Assembly: GCA_014905635.1 (NCBI GenBank)
Contig: JABVCE010000026.1
Location: 496,001-527,348 of the forward strand
DNA from: Scenedesmus sp. PABB004
Lineage: Eukaryota
DNA length: 31,348 nucleotides
Direction of reading: 5' to 3'
A model generated the notes under the pieces. The model made no database searches and was not told the origin of the DNA. It saw nothing but the letters and a program-made list of their open reading frames with translations. A program made the position numbers and the translations under genes. This document shows, piece after piece, positions 28,592 through 31,348 of this stretch (its first letter is position 1; each line of letters begins with the position of its first letter).

Positions 28592-31348
28592 ACGCGGGGC
28601 GGCGCGCCCGGAGTGAAGACGCCAAGCAGCTGCTGGAGGAGCTGCAGCAGCAGGCTGGGCGGGGCAGTGTTGTGGAGGCGCGCCAGCTTTCGCCGCTGCC
28701 TCGGGGGCTGCAGCGCCCGCCGGAGCAGCCGCAGCAGCAGCCGCCGCCGCAGCAGCAGCCACAGCAGCCACAGCAGCGGCAGCAGCCCACTGCCGCCGCC
28801 GCCGCCGCCGCAGCAGCAGCGGCAGCAGCCGCCGGGCGGGCCGCAGCCAGGCGCGCCACCAGCCTGGCAGTGGCAGCAGCAGCAACCGCAGTGCTTCTGG
28901 CAGCAGCCGTGGCAACCGCTGCCGCAGGGGCCGTGGGGCCCCTGGCAGCAGCCGGGACCCTGGCAGCTGCTGCAGCCCGGACCCTGGCAGCAGCAGCAGC
29001 CAGGACCCTGGCAGCAGCAGCAGCCAGGACCCTGGCAGCAGCAGCCCGGACCCTGGCAGCAGCAGCAGCTGTGGCAGTGGCAGCAGCCGCCAGGCGGGCC
29101 CGGACCCTGGCCGGCGCAGGCGCAGCACGCGCCCTGGCCGCCGCCGCAGCAGCCGCGGCCGCCGCACGGCCAGCCGCCGGGCGCCGGCCGCGGCGCCGTC
29201 CCGCAGCAGCAGCGCCCGGCGCTGCCCGCCGCGCCGGGGCCGCCCGCGGCGGCCGCGGCCGTTCCGGGCGCCCCGGCCGCTGCGGCCGCAACCCAGCGCG
29301 CGCGCCAGGGCAGCAGCAGCAGCAGGCGCAGCCGGGGCAGCCGGGCCCGGGGGGCGTCAGCCCCGGCGCAGCAGCGAGCGCCGGCACGCCGGCGGCGCGC
29401 TGGCCGCAGCACGCGGTGACGCTCACGCCGGCGGACCTGGACCTCGAGAGCTACCTGCCGCCGGACCTCCTCGAGGCGTGCCAGGCCGAGCGCCTCATGC
29501 CCGACCGGCTCTACCGCTGGCAGGTGCGTCGGCGCGGGGCGCAGGCCCACTGCAGCGCCGCGCCGCGGCGGCGCTCGCCGCCCGGCGGCGCGCGCGCGCC
29601 GCGCCCCGCGCTTAACGCGGCGGCGGCGTCCGCATGCGCAGGCGGAGTGCCTCAACCAGCGCGCCGTACTGGCCAACAGCAACCTCGTTTTCTCCGCACC
29701 CACGAGCGCCGGCAAGAGCCTGGTGGTGGAGCTCCTGCTGCTCACGCACCTGCTGCACCGCACCGACCAGGCGGCCCTCGTGGTGCGCGCCGCTGGCGCG
29801 GGCGGCCGCGCGCGCCGCTGGCGCGGGCGGCCCGGGGTGCGCCGACGGCGCGGCACCCGGCGCCTCGCCTCGCTGATTGATGTCTCCGCAGGTGATGCCG
29901 ACCAACGCGCTGTGCGAGCAGGCGGCGACGCGGCTGGAGCGCATGCTGAAGCTGCTGAACCGCGAGGTCGCGCGCTACTTTGACGGCCAGTCCAGCAACA
30001 AGATGGAGCCAGAGACAGGTGCGCGGCGCGGCGCAGGGCGCTGCCGTCACCGCGGCACGGCGGTGGCAGCGCAGGCAGTGGCGGCGGCGGCGGCGGCGGC
30101 GCAGCCCCGCACGCCCCGTTCGCCGACCCCGCTCCGCCGCCGGGCGCCTGCCCCGCCAGGCGCCGTCGTGTGCACCATCGAGCGCGCAAACCTGCTGGTC
30201 ACGCGGCTGCTGGAGGACGAGCCCGGCGTCGTGGGCGGCGGCGGCGGCAACGTCCTCAGCTGCGCGAGCATCGGGGTGCGCCGCCGCGCCGCCGCGCGCC
30301 GCGGCGCCCGCCGCCGGCGCCACGCATCAGCGAGGGCGCCCCCCCCCCCCCCCCCCCCCACCACACCCACCCACCCACCCACCCACCACCCACCCACCCA
30401 CCACCACCCACCCACCACCACCCACCCACCCACCCACCTACACACACACACACACACACACACCACCCGCCGCCGCCAACCGCGCAGCTGGTCATCGTGG
30501 ACGAGCTGCACATGGTCGGCGATGCAGAGCGCGGCGAGCAGCTGGAGCTGCTGCTCACCAAGCTGCGGTACGCGGGCCTCGCCGCGCGGGCGCGCCTGGA
30601 GGCGGAGGACGACGAGCTGCGGCGCCAGCGCGCGCTCCACAACAACACCACGCTCACGCCCGAGGCGCCGCCCGGCGCGGCGGCGCCGGCGGGCGGCGCC
30701 GGCGCCGTCACGCCGGGCGGCGGCAGCGGGCTGCTGAGCAGCGCGCTGAGCACGCCGGGCGTGGGCCACAACCCGCTGCGCCTCGTCGGCATGAGCGCGA
30801 CGCTGCCCAACGTGCAGCAGGTCGCGGCGTGGCTCGACGCCGCTGCGTACGTGACCGACGAGCGCCGGTGCCGCTGGCGCAGCTGGTCAAGGACGGGCGC
30901 ACCATACGCGACCGGGAGTGGCGGGTGCGGCGCGCGCGCGCGCGCGCGCGCGCGCGCGCGGCGGCGCGACGTCGAGCGGGCCCCCGCCGCCCCGCCCGCG
31001 GGCTGAGCGCGCGCCGCGCGCGCCCGCAGGTCGTGCGCGAGCTCACAGTCGGGCCCGACTGGGAGCGGGCAGACCCGGACCACATTGCGCTGCTGGCGCA
31101 AGAGACGGTCAACGACGGGCACTCGGTCCTCGTGTTCTGTGGCACCAAGCGCAGTGAGCGCTGCAGCGCGGCGCCGGCCGCTGGCGCGGCGCCGGCGCGG
31201 CGCGCCCGCCCTGCGGCGGGTCCAGCTGGTCCAGCCCGCCGCGCCGCCGCGCGACACACGGCCCCCGCCCGCAGGCTCCATCGAGACCGCGCAGCTCATC
31301 GCGCGCCAGCTGTTCATCCCTGAGCGCGTCGTCGTGCCCGCAGCGGCA
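26844..31348 (+). CDS. POLQ: DNA polymerase theta / TEBICHI-like protein, N-terminal SF2 (Ski2/Hel308-type) helicase part; runs off the right edge
   Basis: LYRWQAECL (Q motif), SAPTSAGKS (Walker A), VCTIERAN, VIVDELHMVGDAERG..LELLLTKLRY (DExH), VGMSATLPN, DPDHIALL..ETVNDGHSVLVFCGTK. Introns start at 29524, ~29783, 30019, 30276, 30925 and 31154. The long low-complexity N-terminus contains apparent indels. The polymerase domain is not in the window, so HELQ cannot be fully excluded. Confidence 0.85.
27288..27365 (+). repeat. Coding 18-bp tandem repeat (EPPPQP)x~4 in the POLQ N-terminus
   Basis: gagccgccgccgcagccg units are directly visible. Confidence 0.85.
28865..29140 (+). repeat. Imperfect tandem repeat encoding (PGPWQ2-4)n in one frame
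   Basis: Repeated ggaccctggcagcagcagcagcc units. Confidence 0.85.
30339..30467. repeat. Poly-C / (CCCA)n / (CA)n low-complexity tract in a POLQ intron
   Basis: Directly visible, between the donor at 30276 and the acceptor at 30487. Confidence 0.9.

Noticed and set aside
26844..31348. Causal link between the POLQ gene here and the nearby templated-duplication scars
   Set aside because: Pol theta acts in trans, so physical proximity is uninformative.

Overview
Very GC-rich (roughly 80% by eye), intron-dense eukaryotic DNA. Gene content (OPR protein, DnaJ-ferredoxin, TEBICHI-like POLQ), GTGCGC/GTGAGC donors and TTTAGGG-type motifs point to a chlorophyte green alga, probably Sphaeropleales (inference). 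Most six-frame ORFs are high-GC artefacts, so I rebuilt the genes by hand-splicing. Minus strand: an unknown gene running off the left edge, an amino-acid permease (11 coding exons), a bacterial-like P2-type cation ATPase (25 exons), a secreted GH-A/GH113-like TIM-barrel protein, an organellar uL18-like protein, and a MORN-repeat + 2x filamin-repeat protein. Plus strand, from a short divergent spacer: a chloroplast DnaJ-ferredoxin (CDJ3/4/5 type), an OPR protein, and the helicase half of POLQ/TEBICHI running off the right edge. Three non-coding signals stand out. (1) A ~500-bp, ~95% identical direct repeat lies immediately upstream of two unrelated genes, carries a candidate 212-nt 5'-UTR intron in both copies, and brackets a ~13-kb three-gene block. 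(2) About 8 of ~61 reconstructed coding-region introns use GC donors, always AG|GC. (3) Telomere-like CCCTAAA/TTTAGGG motifs and short tandem or inverted duplications recur inside introns, often next to splice sites. A few single-base frameshifts in C/G runs look like assembly errors. All family calls are from motif recognition; no searches were run.
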